From positions 1 to 59,509 of the forward strand of contig CAZRTR010000003.1 of NCBI GenBank assembly GCA_964603095.1: a DNA stretch of 59,509 bases. The letters are read 5' to 3'. Below, in pieces: positions 25,662 through 34,979 of this stretch (its first letter is position 1; each line of letters begins with the position of its first letter). The notes beneath the pieces are model-generated. The model saw nothing but the letters and a program-made list of their open reading frames with translations, did no database searches and was not told the DNA's origin. The DNA comes from an uncultured Planctomycetia bacterium (GTDB lineage: Bacteria; Omnitrophota; Gorgyraeia; 1-14-0-20-64-10). Made by a program: the position numbers and the translations under genes.

Positions 25662-26448
25662 GCCGAGAGGATTGGAGCGTGCCTTTCTGGATACCTTGGT
25701 TGCCTTAGACCCGGAGCTGCCCCGTCTGGTGATTGTCGGCGGTTGGTGTCCCTACCTTTACGCCACCTACCTCTGGAGGAAGAAAATACCGAACATTCCC
25801 ACGACGATGGACGTCGATTTGGGTGTCACCGAGACCGGCTCCAGGAAGTTTGAGACAACCGTTTACGACCGGCTTAAGGCGATGGGATTGGCCATGGAGC
25901 GGATTCACGAAGAGGAACCGGAGCCAATCGAGTTCATCTACAAGGAGAAGAACCTGGAGATGAAGCTGGAGTTCATCACCTCCTTTGAAACTTCCGATGA
26001 TACGCTGAACCGGTTCTTGGGGCAGAAACTGGCTTGCCACCGGATCGAGGCCTTTGAGATCCTACTGAAGGACCCTCTCACGCTTCAGGTTGACGCTGGC
26101 CCGAGGAGACTGCATGTGCAGGTGCCCAGGCCGGAGCTGTTCCTCTTTCACAAGGGGATCACCTTTGTCGGCCGGCCTGACTCCATCAAGCGGGACAAGG
26201 ATCTGTTCTACGTCTACTTCTTCCTCCGGTTCAGCCCGGATCCTCCTGCGCTGTTGGAGGCGATTGTCGGCCTTAAATCCCACGACTATTTCGGGACCTT
26301 TCGCCGGAACCTGGCCGACCATCTTTCGGACCCATCCCGCCCAGGGTACCTCATGCTTCGGCCTTTTGTCTCCCGGTGGGTCGAGGAGCGGGATGTCAGC
26401 CGGGAAATCGAGGAAACCTTCCGGGATCTGCTGCGGGTCGTGGGGTGA
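25654..26448 (+). CDS. AbiEii-like nucleotidyltransferase (putative toxin)
   Basis: Contains VIVGGWCPYLY...TMDVDLGV (G-x-D-x-D) and KRDKDLFYVYFFL motifs. Confidence 0.65.
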   Translation: MSEPRGLERAFLDTLVALDPELPRLVIVGGWCPYLYATYLWRKKIPNIPTTMDVDLGVTETGSRKFETTVYDRLKAMGLAMERIHEEEPEPIEFIYKEKNLEMKLEFITSFETSDDTLNRFLGQKLACHRIEAFEILLKDPLTLQVDAGPRRLHVQVPRPELFLFHKGITFVGRPDSIKRDKDLFYVYFFLRFSPDPPALLEAIVGLKSHDYFGTFRRNLADHLSDPSRPGYLMLRPFVSRWVEERDVSREIEETFRDLLRVVG

Positions 26449-26538
26449 TAGGGAGCTTGCGGAGTCCCGCCGGTAAGTAACAGGACCGCCTTTCCCTTCC
26501 ACATTCCAGGAAAGCCGATTAGAATGGTGGGGTCTTTT

Positions 26539-27264
26539 TTAGAGGCGGAAGGTCCAGGCCGGGTCGGAGTAGCGGGTGGTGACGAGGCGGGCGATCCGGG
26601 CGGAGAGGGAGCCGTTCAAGGGGAGGGGCTCGGCGACGGCCCAGCCGGAGGAGAGGGCCTGTTTAACAACCTGGGGAGGAAGGTCAAGCTGGGTCAGGAA
26701 TTGGGTGTGGGGGCGGTCGGAACGGTAAGCAGGCCGGCGGCTGGGCAGGGGCAGGATCCTCTCCATGAGCGGAAAATCCACCCGCAGGAGGAAGGAGCCG
26801 TGGAACAGGAGGTGGCTCTTCTTTCGGCGCTGCGAGTTGCCGGAGAATTTCCGATTTCCCAGGGTGAGGTCGGTATCCCCCTGGAGTTGGACCGGCTTAT
26901 TCAGGAGCGGTTCAAGGATTTGGCGATGGCGCTCGAGGATGAAGCGGTTGGCACGGGCGATGGTGGTGAGAGGGCCGGGATTCCGGATCTTGAGGATCAG
27001 CGCATAGTTGAGAACGCCAGGGCCTTGGAGAACGGCGCCGCCGCCGCTGACGCGGCGCAGGATCGGGATCTGATGGAAGCGGCAGTGGTCGAGGGCCGCC
27101 TCCGACGCATGGCGGCCGGAGATCCCCAGCACGATGAACGGCTGGGCCGGCTCCCAGAAACGGAGGATCTCCTCCTCCGGTCCCGCTTCGCATTCTTCCA
27201 GCAGGGCCTCGTCGCAGGCCAGGTTCTCCTCGGGGGTGGGGAGGGTCAAGTCGAGGATCTGCAT
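26539..27264 (-). CDS. lipoate-protein ligase / octanoyltransferase family protein (BPL_LplA_LipB)
   Basis: RRVSGGGAVLQGPG and KFSGNSQRR motifs. It is divergent from the PDH operon. Confidence 0.75.
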   Translation of the reverse strand: MQILDLTLPTPEENLACDEALLEECEAGPEEEILRFWEPAQPFIVLGISGRHASEAALDHCRFHQIPILRRVSGGGAVLQGPGVLNYALILKIRNPGPLTTIARANRFILERHRQILEPLLNKPVQLQGDTDLTLGNRKFSGNSQRRKKSHLLFHGSFLLRVDFPLMERILPLPSRRPAYRSDRPHTQFLTQLDLPPQVVKQALSSGWAVAEPLPLNGSLSARIARLVTTRYSDPAWTFRL

Positions 27265-27283
27265 AGGATCTATTATAAGATTG

Positions 27284-27303
27284 ATCCTCGCTTTCGCGAG
27301 GAT
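27284..27303. repeat. hairpin repeat family D
   Basis: atcctcgc-tttc-gcgaggat lies in the divergent lplA/aceE intergenic region. Confidence 0.8.
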
Positions 27304-27308
27304 GACGT

Positions 27309-29810
27309 TTGAACACTCCGTACGTTAACACGATCCCGCCGGGGGAGGAGCCGCCCTACCCGGGAGATCGGGAGATCGAGCGGCGGATCAAGAGCACCAT
27401 CCGCTGGAACGCGATGGCGATGGTGGTGAAGGCCAACCGGACCCACGACGGGATCGGCGGACACATCTCCACCTACGCCTCCTGCGCCACCCTGTATGAG
27501 GTGGGGTTCAACCATTTCTTCCGGGGGCCGGAGGGGGAGAGGCCCGGAGATCTGGTCTATTTCCAGGGGCACGCGGCGCCGGGCAACTACGCCCGGGCCT
27601 ACCTGGAAAGGCGCATGGAGCCGAAGCAGCTTCACAATTTTCGGCAGGAGCTGGCCGAAGGGGGAGGGCTCTCCTCCTATCCGCATCCCTACCTGATGCC
27701 GAAGTTCTGGCAGTTCCCGACCGTCTCGATGGGGCTCTCCCCGATCCTGTCGATCTACCAGGCCCGGTTCATCCGATATCTGAAGGCGCGGGGGTTTCTG
27801 GCGGAGGAGCCGAAGGTTTGGTGCTTCGTCGGGGACGGGGAGATGGATGAGCCGGAGTCGATGGGGGCGCTGACGCTGGGGGGGAGGGAGACGCTGGACA
27901 ACCTGATCTGGGTGGTCAACTGCAACCTGCAGCGGCTGGATGGGCCGGTCCGGGGAAACGGGAAGATCATCCAGGAGCTGGAGGCGATCTTCCGGGGGGC
28001 CGGCTGGAACGTGATCAAGGTGATCTGGGGGGTCGCCTGGGATCCGTTGCTTCAATCCGACACGAAGGGGCTTCTCGTCAAAAGGATGTCGGAGGCGGTC
28101 GACGGGGATTACCAGAAATACTCGGTGGAGCCGGGCAGCTACGTCCGGAAACATTTCTTCGGGAAATATCCGGAGCTTCTGGAGATGGTCAACCGGATGA
28201 CCGACGATGAGATCGAGAAGCTGTTGCGGGGCGGGCACGATCCTCAGAAGGTTCACGCCGCCTACAAGAAAGCGGCGGAGCATCGGGGAAGCCCCACCGT
28301 GATCCTGGCCAAGACGGTCAAGGGGTACGGCCTGGGGGAGGCGGGGGAGGGGCGCAACGTCACCCATCAGCAGAAGAAGCTGAACGAGAAGGAGCTTCGG
28401 GAGTTCCGGGCCCGGTTCGACATTCCGCTCAGCGACGGGGAGGTGGTGAAGGCCCCCTTCTACCGGCCGGCGCCGGAGAGTGTGGAAACCCAGTATCTTC
28501 TGGAGCGACGCAAGGAGCTGGGCGGATTCCTCCCCCAGCGGTTGGTGAAGAAACAGTCGCTCAACGTCCCGAAGATCGGCTTTTTCAGCGAGTTCCTGAA
28601 AGGGGCCGGGCATCGGACCCTCTCCACCACGATGGCCTTCGTCCGGATCCTGACGAAGCTGCTGGGCCACCCGGAGATCGGGAGGCGGGTGGTGCCGATC
28701 ATCCCGGACGAGGCCCGGACCTTCGGGATGGATGCCTTGTTCCGGCAGATCGGGATCTACTCCCCGAAAGGACAGCTGTACGAGCCGGTCGATCGGGAGA
28801 CGCTTCTCTACTATCAGGAGGCCAAGGACGGCCAGCTTCTGGAGGAGGGGATCACCGAGGCGGGGGCGATGAGCTCCTTCATCGCGGCCGGGACCTCCTA
28901 CGCCAACCACGGGGTCCCGATGATTCCGTTTTACATCTACTACGCGATGTTCGGATTCCAGAGGATCGGGGATCTGATCTGGGCGGCGGCCGACAGCCGG
29001 GCGAAAGGATTCCTCCTGGGGGCGACGGCCGGGCGGACCACGTTGAACGGGGAAGGGCTGCAGCACCAGGATGGGCACAGCCACCTGATGGCCGGGGCGA
29101 TTCCGACGCTGCTGTCGTACGATCCGGCCTTCGGCTACGAGATCGCCGTGATCCTGCAGGAGGGGATGCGGCGGATGTTTGACAAGGGGGAGGATCTGTT
29201 TTACTACCTGACCCTGTACAATGAGAATATCCCGATGCCGTCGATGCCGAAGGGAGCGGAGGAAGGGATTCTTGAGGGAATCTATCGGTTCCGGCAGGGG
29301 CGGGGGAAGGGGCACAAGGCCCATCTGTTGGGAAGTGGGCCTCTGCTTCTGGAGGCGCTCAGGGCGCAGGAGATTCTGGGGGAGCGTTATGGGATCTCCG
29401 CCGATGTCTGGTCGGTGACCAGCTACCGGCAGCTGCGGGTGGGGGCGTTGGAGGCGAGGCGCTGGAACATGCTGCACCCGACGGAGAAACCGAGGGTCTC
29501 CTATCTGGAGCGGACGCTGGAGGGGGAGAAAGGAGTCTTCGTGGCCGTCTCCGACTACCTGAAGACGGTGGCGGATCAGATCGCCCCCTGGGTGGCCGGA
29601 GGCCTGACGACGCTGGGAACCGACGGGTTCGGCCGAAGCGATACCCGACCTGCTTTAAGGCGATTCTTCGAGGTGGATGCCGAGATGATCACGGTGGCGA
29701 CGCTGCACGCCCTTTCACAGAAGGGTCGGGTCAAGCCGAAGGCGGTGCAGAAGGCGATCCGAGAGCTGAAGATCGATCCGGAGAAGCCGTTTCCGGCGGT
29801 GGTGGCTTAG
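27309..29810 (+). CDS. aceE: pyruvate dehydrogenase E1 component, homodimeric type
   Basis: 833 aa. Contains GGHISTYAS, GDGEMDEPES and NCNLQRLDGPVRGN. TTG start directly after an in-frame stop. Confidence 0.9.
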   Translation: MNTPYVNTIPPGEEPPYPGDREIERRIKSTIRWNAMAMVVKANRTHDGIGGHISTYASCATLYEVGFNHFFRGPEGERPGDLVYFQGHAAPGNYARAYLERRMEPKQLHNFRQELAEGGGLSSYPHPYLMPKFWQFPTVSMGLSPILSIYQARFIRYLKARGFLAEEPKVWCFVGDGEMDEPESMGALTLGGRETLDNLIWVVNCNLQRLDGPVRGNGKIIQELEAIFRGAGWNVIKVIWGVAWDPLLQSDTKGLLVKRMSEAVDGDYQKYSVEPGSYVRKHFFGKYPELLEMVNRMTDDEIEKLLRGGHDPQKVHAAYKKAAEHRGSPTVILAKTVKGYGLGEAGEGRNVTHQQKKLNEKELREFRARFDIPLSDGEVVKAPFYRPAPESVETQYLLERRKELGGFLPQRLVKKQSLNVPKIGFFSEFLKGAGHRTLSTTMAFVRILTKLLGHPEIGRRVVPIIPDEARTFGMDALFRQIGIYSPKGQLYEPVDRETLLYYQEAKDGQLLEEGITEAGAMSSFIAAGTSYANHGVPMIPFYIYYAMFGFQRIGDLIWAAADSRAKGFLLGATAGRTTLNGEGLQHQDGHSHLMAGAIPTLLSYDPAFGYEIAVILQEGMRRMFDKGEDLFYYLTLYNENIPMPSMPKGAEEGILEGIYRFRQGRGKGHKAHLLGSGPLLLEALRAQEILGERYGISADVWSVTSYRQLRVGALEARRWNMLHPTEKPRVSYLERTLEGEKGVFVAVSDYLKTVADQIAPWVAGGLTTLGTDGFGRSDTRPALRRFFEVDAEMITVATLHALSQKGRVKPKAVQKAIRELKIDPEKPFPAVVA

Positions 29811-29813
29811 CCG

Positions 29814-31016
29814 ATGGAGATCCGGGTTCCTCAACTGGCCGAAGGGGCCGACACCGGGACGGTGGTGAATATCCTGGTCTCGGAAGGGGACCGGATCCGG
29901 AAGGGGCAGACGATCCTGGAGCTGGAGAACCAGAAGGCGGTGGCCCCGATCCCCTCTCCGCAGGCCGGCGCCGTCTCGAGGATCCATGTGAAGGTGGGGG
30001 ATCCGGTGTCGGTGGGGCAGGTGCTGATCACCCTTTCCGAGGGGGAAGGGGAAGCCCTTCGACGCGCCGGCCCTGAGCGACGTTCGTCCTTCGACTATGC
30101 TCAGGACGAACGGAGTCGAAGGGCTCAGGACGAACGGAGGGGGCAATTGGCGCCGGTCTCCGCCAGCGGAGCCCCGCCGCCGGCCTCTCCCTCCATCCGG
30201 AAGATGGCGGCCCAGTTGGGGATTGACCTGACCCGGGTCAAAGGGTCGGAGCCGGGCGGGCGGATCACGGTGAAAGATCTTCAGGATTACCTGAAGGAGA
30301 TTCAAAAGGGGGCCCCGCCCCCCCATCGGAGGATCGATTTCGCCCAATGGGGGCCGGTCACGAGGAAACCGCTGACCTCGCTGCGAAAAGCGATCGCATC
30401 CGGTGTCACCGACTCCTGGAGGACGATCCCCCACGTCACCCTGTTCGACGAGATCAACATCGCCCGGATCCTGGAGCTGAAGGAGAGATACACTCCCGGC
30501 TACCAGGCGCAGGGAGTCTCTCTCACGATCACCGGCTTTTTCCTGAAAGGGGTCGTCTCGGTTCTCAAGATCTACCCGATTTTCAATTCTTCGCTGGATG
30601 AGGAGACCGAGGAGATCATCTTGAAAGGGTATCACCATATCGGCGTGGCGGTCGACACCAAGGCGGGGCTGATCGTCCCGGTCTTGAAGGATGTGGACAA
30701 GAAGTCTCTCCTGGTCCTTTCGCGGGAGCTGGACCAGCTGGCGCAGCGGACCCGGGAACGGAAGATCTCTTTGGAGGAGCTTCAAGGGGGAACCTTCACC
30801 ATCTCGAACCAGGGGGGGATCGGAGGGGGGCACTTCACCCCGATCATCCGGAAACCGGAGGTGGCGATCTTGGGGGTGGGCCGAGGAAAAGAGAATCGGG
30901 CGCCGGTCTCACTCTCCTACGATCACCGGGTGATCGACGGGGCGGACGCGGCCCGTTTCATGGTGGCTCTGGCCAAGGCGCTGGAGTCATTCCCCGAGGA
31001 ACAGGTGAGGATTTAA
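29814..31016 (+). CDS. aceF: dihydrolipoamide acetyltransferase (E2)
   Basis: Lipoyl domain (LENQKAVAPIPSP), PSBD (PSIRKMAAQLGIDL) and catalytic SYDHRVIDGADAARF. Confidence 0.88.
   Translation: MEIRVPQLAEGADTGTVVNILVSEGDRIRKGQTILELENQKAVAPIPSPQAGAVSRIHVKVGDPVSVGQVLITLSEGEGEALRRAGPERRSSFDYAQDERSRRAQDERRGQLAPVSASGAPPPASPSIRKMAAQLGIDLTRVKGSEPGGRITVKDLQDYLKEIQKGAPPPHRRIDFAQWGPVTRKPLTSLRKAIASGVTDSWRTIPHVTLFDEINIARILELKERYTPGYQAQGVSLTITGFFLKGVVSVLKIYPIFNSSLDEETEEIILKGYHHIGVAVDTKAGLIVPVLKDVDKKSLLVLSRELDQLAQRTRERKISLEELQGGTFTISNQGGIGGGHFTPIIRKPEVAILGVGRGKENRAPVSLSYDHRVIDGADAARFMVALAKALESFPEEQVRI
30081..30137. repeat. hairpin repeat family C, 1.5 units, translated in the E2 linker
   Basis: cgttcgtcc-ttcgactatgctca-ggacgaacg plus a partial copy, encoding SSFDYAQDERSRRAQDERR. 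Confidence 0.85.
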
Positions 31017-31024
31017 TGGGAATC

Positions 31025-31057
31025 CCGTTCGTGGTTCGACAGGCTCACCACGAACGG
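31025..31057. repeat. hairpin repeat family C, intergenic E2-E3
   Basis: ccgttcgtgg-ttcgacaggctca-ccacgaacgg. Confidence 0.85.
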
Positions 31058-31073
31058 TACCCATGGACTTAAG

Positions 31074-32492
31074 ATGAAACCGATCGAGACAGAAATTCTC
31101 GTGGTGGGAGCGGGCCCGGGAGGATACACCGCCGCCTTCTACGCCGCCGATCTAGGAAAGAAGGTGATCCTGGTGGAGCAGGAGAAACGGCTGGGAGGGG
31201 TCTGCTTGAACCGGGGATGCATTCCGTCCAAGGCGCTGCTGCACGCCACTGAGATGATTCGTGATGAGGAAAGATCGAAGGATCGGGGAATCGCCTTCGG
31301 GCCCCCCGTGATCGAGCTGGAGAAGCTTCGCGGCTGGAAGGAGTCGGTTCTGGAGAGGATGGGGGGCGGGATCCGAATGCTGGCCCAGAAAAGGGGAGTG
31401 GACCTTTGGACCGGGCGGGGCCATTTCGAGGATTCGCGGACCCTCCGGGTGGAGACCTCCGAGGGGCAGAAGTTCATCCGGTTTGAGAAGGCGATCATCG
31501 CCGTCGGATCGAAGCCGGCCATGCCGCAGCCCTTTGATCTGGGGAACAAACGGATTATGACCTCCACCGAGGCGTTGGAGCTGGAGGAGATCCCCAAGGA
31601 GCTGCTGGTGATCGGAGGCGGCTACGTCGGGATGGAGCTGGGGACGGTGTATGCGACCTTGGGGAGCAAGGTGGTTCTGGTCGAGGCGACCGATTCGATC
31701 CTGATCGGGGCCGACCCGGACCTGGCCCGGCCGGTCCTCCAGGTTTTGCAAAACCTATTCAGCGAGGTTCGTCTGAAGACCAAGGTTTCCAAGATGGAGA
31801 CGGCCGGGAAAGAGATCAAGGTTTACCTGGATCTGGAGGGGAAGGAGACGGAAGAGATGTACGACCGGGTCCTGGTGGCGGTGGGGCGGGTGGCGAACTG
31901 CGACGATCTGGGGTTGGAGAACACGAAGGTGAGCCGGGACGGAAAAGGATTCATCCAGGTGGATGACCAACAGCGAACCTCCGATCCGATGATCTGCGCC
32001 ATCGGGGACGTGGTGGGTGGAGCGATGCTCGCCCACAAGGCCTCCAAGGAGGCCCGGATCGCGGTGGAGGGGATCGCGGGGGAGCCGGCCGGATCGATCC
32101 GGGAGGTGGTGATCCCGGCGGTCGTCTTCACCGACCCGGAGGTGGCCTGGTGCGGGCTGACGGAGACGGAGGCGGGGCAGAAGCAGATCCCGGTGGAGGT
32201 GGTCCGGTTTCCCTGGGCCGCTTCCGGCCGGGCGGTGAGCATCGACCGGCCGGAGGGGATGACGAAGCTGATCCTGGAGCCGGAGACGGAGCGGGTCCTC
32301 GGGGTCGGGATCGTCGGGGCCCGGGCCGGCGACCTGATCAGCGAGGGGATCCTGGCCGTGGAGATGGGGGCCACGGCGAAGGATCTGGCCGAGACGGTCC
32401 ATCCGCACCCGACCCTGTCGGAGACCCTGATGGAGTGCGCGGAACTTTTCTATGGAACAGCCACACACATGATGTCGAGGAGGAGGTCATGA
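31074..32492 (+). CDS. lpdA: dihydrolipoyl dehydrogenase (E3)
   Basis: Contains GAGPGGY, the redox centre GGVCLNRGCIPSKALL, and C-terminal HPHPTLSE. Confidence 0.92.
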   Translation: MKPIETEILVVGAGPGGYTAAFYAADLGKKVILVEQEKRLGGVCLNRGCIPSKALLHATEMIRDEERSKDRGIAFGPPVIELEKLRGWKESVLERMGGGIRMLAQKRGVDLWTGRGHFEDSRTLRVETSEGQKFIRFEKAIIAVGSKPAMPQPFDLGNKRIMTSTEALELEEIPKELLVIGGGYVGMELGTVYATLGSKVVLVEATDSILIGADPDLARPVLQVLQNLFSEVRLKTKVSKMETAGKEIKVYLDLEGKETEEMYDRVLVAVGRVANCDDLGLENTKVSRDGKGFIQVDDQQRTSDPMICAIGDVVGGAMLAHKASKEARIAVEGIAGEPAGSIREVVIPAVVFTDPEVAWCGLTETEAGQKQIPVEVVRFPWAASGRAVSIDRPEGMTKLILEPETERVLGVGIVGARAGDLISEGILAVEMGATAKDLAETVHPHPTLSETLMECAELFYGTATHMMSRRRS

Positions 32493-32878
32493 GCGAGAAG
32501 AAGCGTATCCTGGTGGTGGACGACGAGGTGGACTTCACGAACCAGATCAAATATTTCCTTGAGACGAAAGGCGACTACGAGGTGAAGGAGGAGAACAAGG
32601 GAAGCCGCGCCTTGGTGACGGCCCGGATCTTCAAGCCGGACCTGATCCTGCTGGATGTGATGCTCCCGGGGGCCGATGGGGGGGAGATCGCCTCCAAGAT
32701 CAAGACCGACCCGGAGCTGGCCGGGACCCCGGTCGTCTTCCTGACGGCGGCGCTGTTAAAGGAGGAGGCGGAGAAACGGTCCGGATGGATCGGGGGTCAG
32801 CCGTTCCTGGCCAAACCGACCAACCTGGATGAGGTGGTCGCCTGCATCCAGAAGCATCTCAAGCCAGAAGCTCCTTGA
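32489..32878 (+). CDS. single-domain response regulator (receiver)
   Basis: ATGA overlap with the lpd stop. Contains ILVVDDE, LILLDVMLPG and LAKP. Confidence 0.8.
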   Translation: MSEKKRILVVDDEVDFTNQIKYFLETKGDYEVKEENKGSRALVTARIFKPDLILLDVMLPGADGGEIASKIKTDPELAGTPVVFLTAALLKEEAEKRSGWIGGQPFLAKPTNLDEVVACIQKHLKPEAP

Positions 32879-33752
32879 GGGCCGGTTCCAGCAGCGGGTG
32901 CTTCCAGCGGAAGCCGCCGGCCGCCAGCTTGACCGGAGAGACCTTGGCGCTGGCCAGAAGCGCCTCGTCGGCCAGCTCGCCGAACAGCAGCCGCACCGCG
33001 AAGGCCGGAACCGGGAATCGGGCCGGGCGGCCCAACGCCTTTCCCAGCGTGGTGGTGAATTCCAAGTTGATCACCGGGTTGGGGGAGACGGCGTTGACCG
33101 GCCCCTGAACGCTCTCAACGGCCAGGGCGTGAAGGACCGCTCCGACCGCGTCGTCGATCGAGATCCAGCTCATGAACTGCTTCCCGCTGCCCAGCCGCCC
33201 GCCCAGCCCCATCTTGAAAGGGGGCAGCATCATCCTCAAGGCCCCTCCCTGGATCCCAAGAATGATCCCGTAGCGCAGGTGAACCACCCGGATTCCGTTC
33301 CGGGCCGCCTCTGAAGCCGCCTGCTCCCACTCCTGCCCCACCCGCGCGAGGAATCCTTTTCCGGGAGCGCTTTGTTCCGTCAGCATCTCCGCGCCCCGGT
33401 TTCCGTAGATGCCGATCGCCGAGGCGCAGACAAGGATCTTGGGACGGCTGTTCAGCCGGGCCAGATTCTCGGCCAACAGCTGGGTTCCCTGGACTCGGCT
33501 GTCCCGGATCAAGGCCTTCTTCTGCGCGGTCCAGCGGCCGGTGGCGATCGGTTCGCCGGCCAAGTGGACCACCGCGTCGAACCGATCCAGGCGCGAGGAA
33601 TCCAACTTTCCGGTAGATGGGTCCCATTCGATCTCCGAGTCGGACCGAGGGGTAGAACGCACCAGGCGGACCACCGAATGCCCCTCCCGAGTTAAAGAAG
33701 GGATCAGGGCGGAACCGACGAAACCGCGCGAACCGCTCACGAGGATTCTCAT
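32859..33752 (-). CDS. epimerase family protein (TIGR01777/YfcH-like, SDR39U1)
   Basis: N-terminal ILVSGSRGFVGSAL and a C-terminal DUF1731-like region. Confidence 0.8.
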   Translation of the reverse strand: MRILVSGSRGFVGSALIPSLTREGHSVVRLVRSTPRSDSEIEWDPSTGKLDSSRLDRFDAVVHLAGEPIATGRWTAQKKALIRDSRVQGTQLLAENLARLNSRPKILVCASAIGIYGNRGAEMLTEQSAPGKGFLARVGQEWEQAASEAARNGIRVVHLRYGIILGIQGGALRMMLPPFKMGLGGRLGSGKQFMSWISIDDAVGAVLHALAVESVQGPVNAVSPNPVINLEFTTTLGKALGRPARFPVPAFAVRLLFGELADEALLASAKVSPVKLAAGGFRWKHPLLEPALKELLA

Positions 33753-33782
33753 ACAGCGGGATTGTAACAGCCCGGTGTTACA

Positions 33783-34979
33783 ATGGCAATCCGAATGAAT
33801 CGCACAATCCTCTCCTGGTGCCTGTACGACCTGGCCAACACGATCTTCGCCATGAACATGACCAGCTACTATTTCCCGGTTTGGGTGGTGGTCGACCGGG
33901 GCGGGACGGAGCTGGCGTACAGTTTGGCCTTCGGGCTGTCGATGTTCGTTTCGGCCCTGTTCATGCCCCGGGTGGGGGCCGACTCGGATCGCAGCGGCGG
34001 GAGGATCCCCGCCTTGATCGGCTGGACGTTGGGCTGCGTCGGATTGACCGCCGCCTTAGGAAGCATCTCCCACCTGCCGCTGGCGTTGATCGTCTTCGCC
34101 GGAGCCAACTTCTGCTATCAGTTGGCCGGGATCTTCTACAATGCGCTGCTTCCGTTTGTCTCCCCGTCCGATCGGATCGGGAAGGTCTCCGGCTACGGGG
34201 TCGCTCTGGGGTACGTCGGGACCTTGGTCGGGATCCTGGCCACCACCCCGATCGCTTTCCACTGGGGCCGGCAAGCGACTTTTCTGCCCACCGCACTCCT
34301 GTTCCTGATCTTGTCGCTCCCCTGCTTCTTCTGGGTGAAGGACACACCCCTGTTGAAAACGGTGTCAGACACTGTTTTCAACAGGGTGTCTGACACCGAA
34401 GTGCGTGGTTTCCTCTTGGCCTCATTCTGGGGCCTGAGCGCCGTCAGCACCGTCATCCTGTTCATGTCGGTCTACGCCAAACAGGCGATCGGTTTCAACG
34501 ACGCGACTCTGCACCGGTTCCTCCTGTTTTCCACCGGTGTGACGATCGTCGGCTCCCTCGGCTGGGGCTGGCTCACGGATCGGATCGGCGGCTACCGAAC
34601 CTTAGGGATCGTTTGGGCTCTGTGGGCTTTCGTTTTCGCCTTGGCGGCGGTCAGCAGAAATCCGATCCTGTTCTGGGGGCTGGGAAGTTTGGCCGGGGTG
34701 GCGCTGGGCGGGACCTGGGTCGCCTCCCGGGTGCTGCTGGTCGAGTGGGTCGGCCCGGAGAGGGTGGGGGAGGCCTTCGGGCAGTTCGGGCTGGTGAGCC
34801 GGCTCTCGTCGATCCCGGGCCCGGTCGTCTGGGGATTGATCCTCTGGGGGGCGGCGCCCCTGGGGATGGAGCGGTACCGGCTCGGGATGGCGGCCCTTCT
34901 GGGGTTCGTTCTCGTCGGTGGATGGCTGTACTTTCGATTGTCCAAAGGAATCTCTGATACAATGGAGAGAAAGCGATGA
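33783..34979 (+). CDS. MFS transporter (UMF1/Atg22-like)
   Basis: About 12 hydrophobic helices and N-terminal SWCLYDLANTIF. The central loop carries a family B repeat. Confidence 0.8.
   Translation: MAIRMNRTILSWCLYDLANTIFAMNMTSYYFPVWVVVDRGGTELAYSLAFGLSMFVSALFMPRVGADSDRSGGRIPALIGWTLGCVGLTAALGSISHLPLALIVFAGANFCYQLAGIFYNALLPFVSPSDRIGKVSGYGVALGYVGTLVGILATTPIAFHWGRQATFLPTALLFLILSLPCFFWVKDTPLLKTVSDTVFNRVSDTEVRGFLLASFWGLSAVSTVILFMSVYAKQAIGFNDATLHRFLLFSTGVTIVGSLGWGWLTDRIGGYRTLGIVWALWAFVFALAAVSRNPILFWGLGSLAGVALGGTWVASRVLLVEWVGPERVGEAFGQFGLVSRLSSIPGPVVWGLILWGAAPLGMERYRLGMAALLGFVLVGGWLYFRLSKGISDTMERKR
34349..34398. repeat. palindromic repeat family B, translated inside the MFS central loop
   Basis: tgttgaaaac-ggtgtcagacact-gttttcaaca-gggtgtctgacacc encodes LLKTVSDTVFNRVSDT. 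Confidence 0.85.

Noticed and set aside
27309-27470. Apparently short N-terminus of AceE (833 aa vs ~880-890 in enterobacteria)
   Set aside because: An in-frame stop lies directly upstream, so no longer ORF is possible. N-terminal length varies among E1 proteins, and I cannot show truncation without an alignment.
27273-29477. 734-aa minus-strand ORF
   Set aside because: It is antisense to aceE, which carries clear E1 motifs. The composition is a shadow-ORF pattern.
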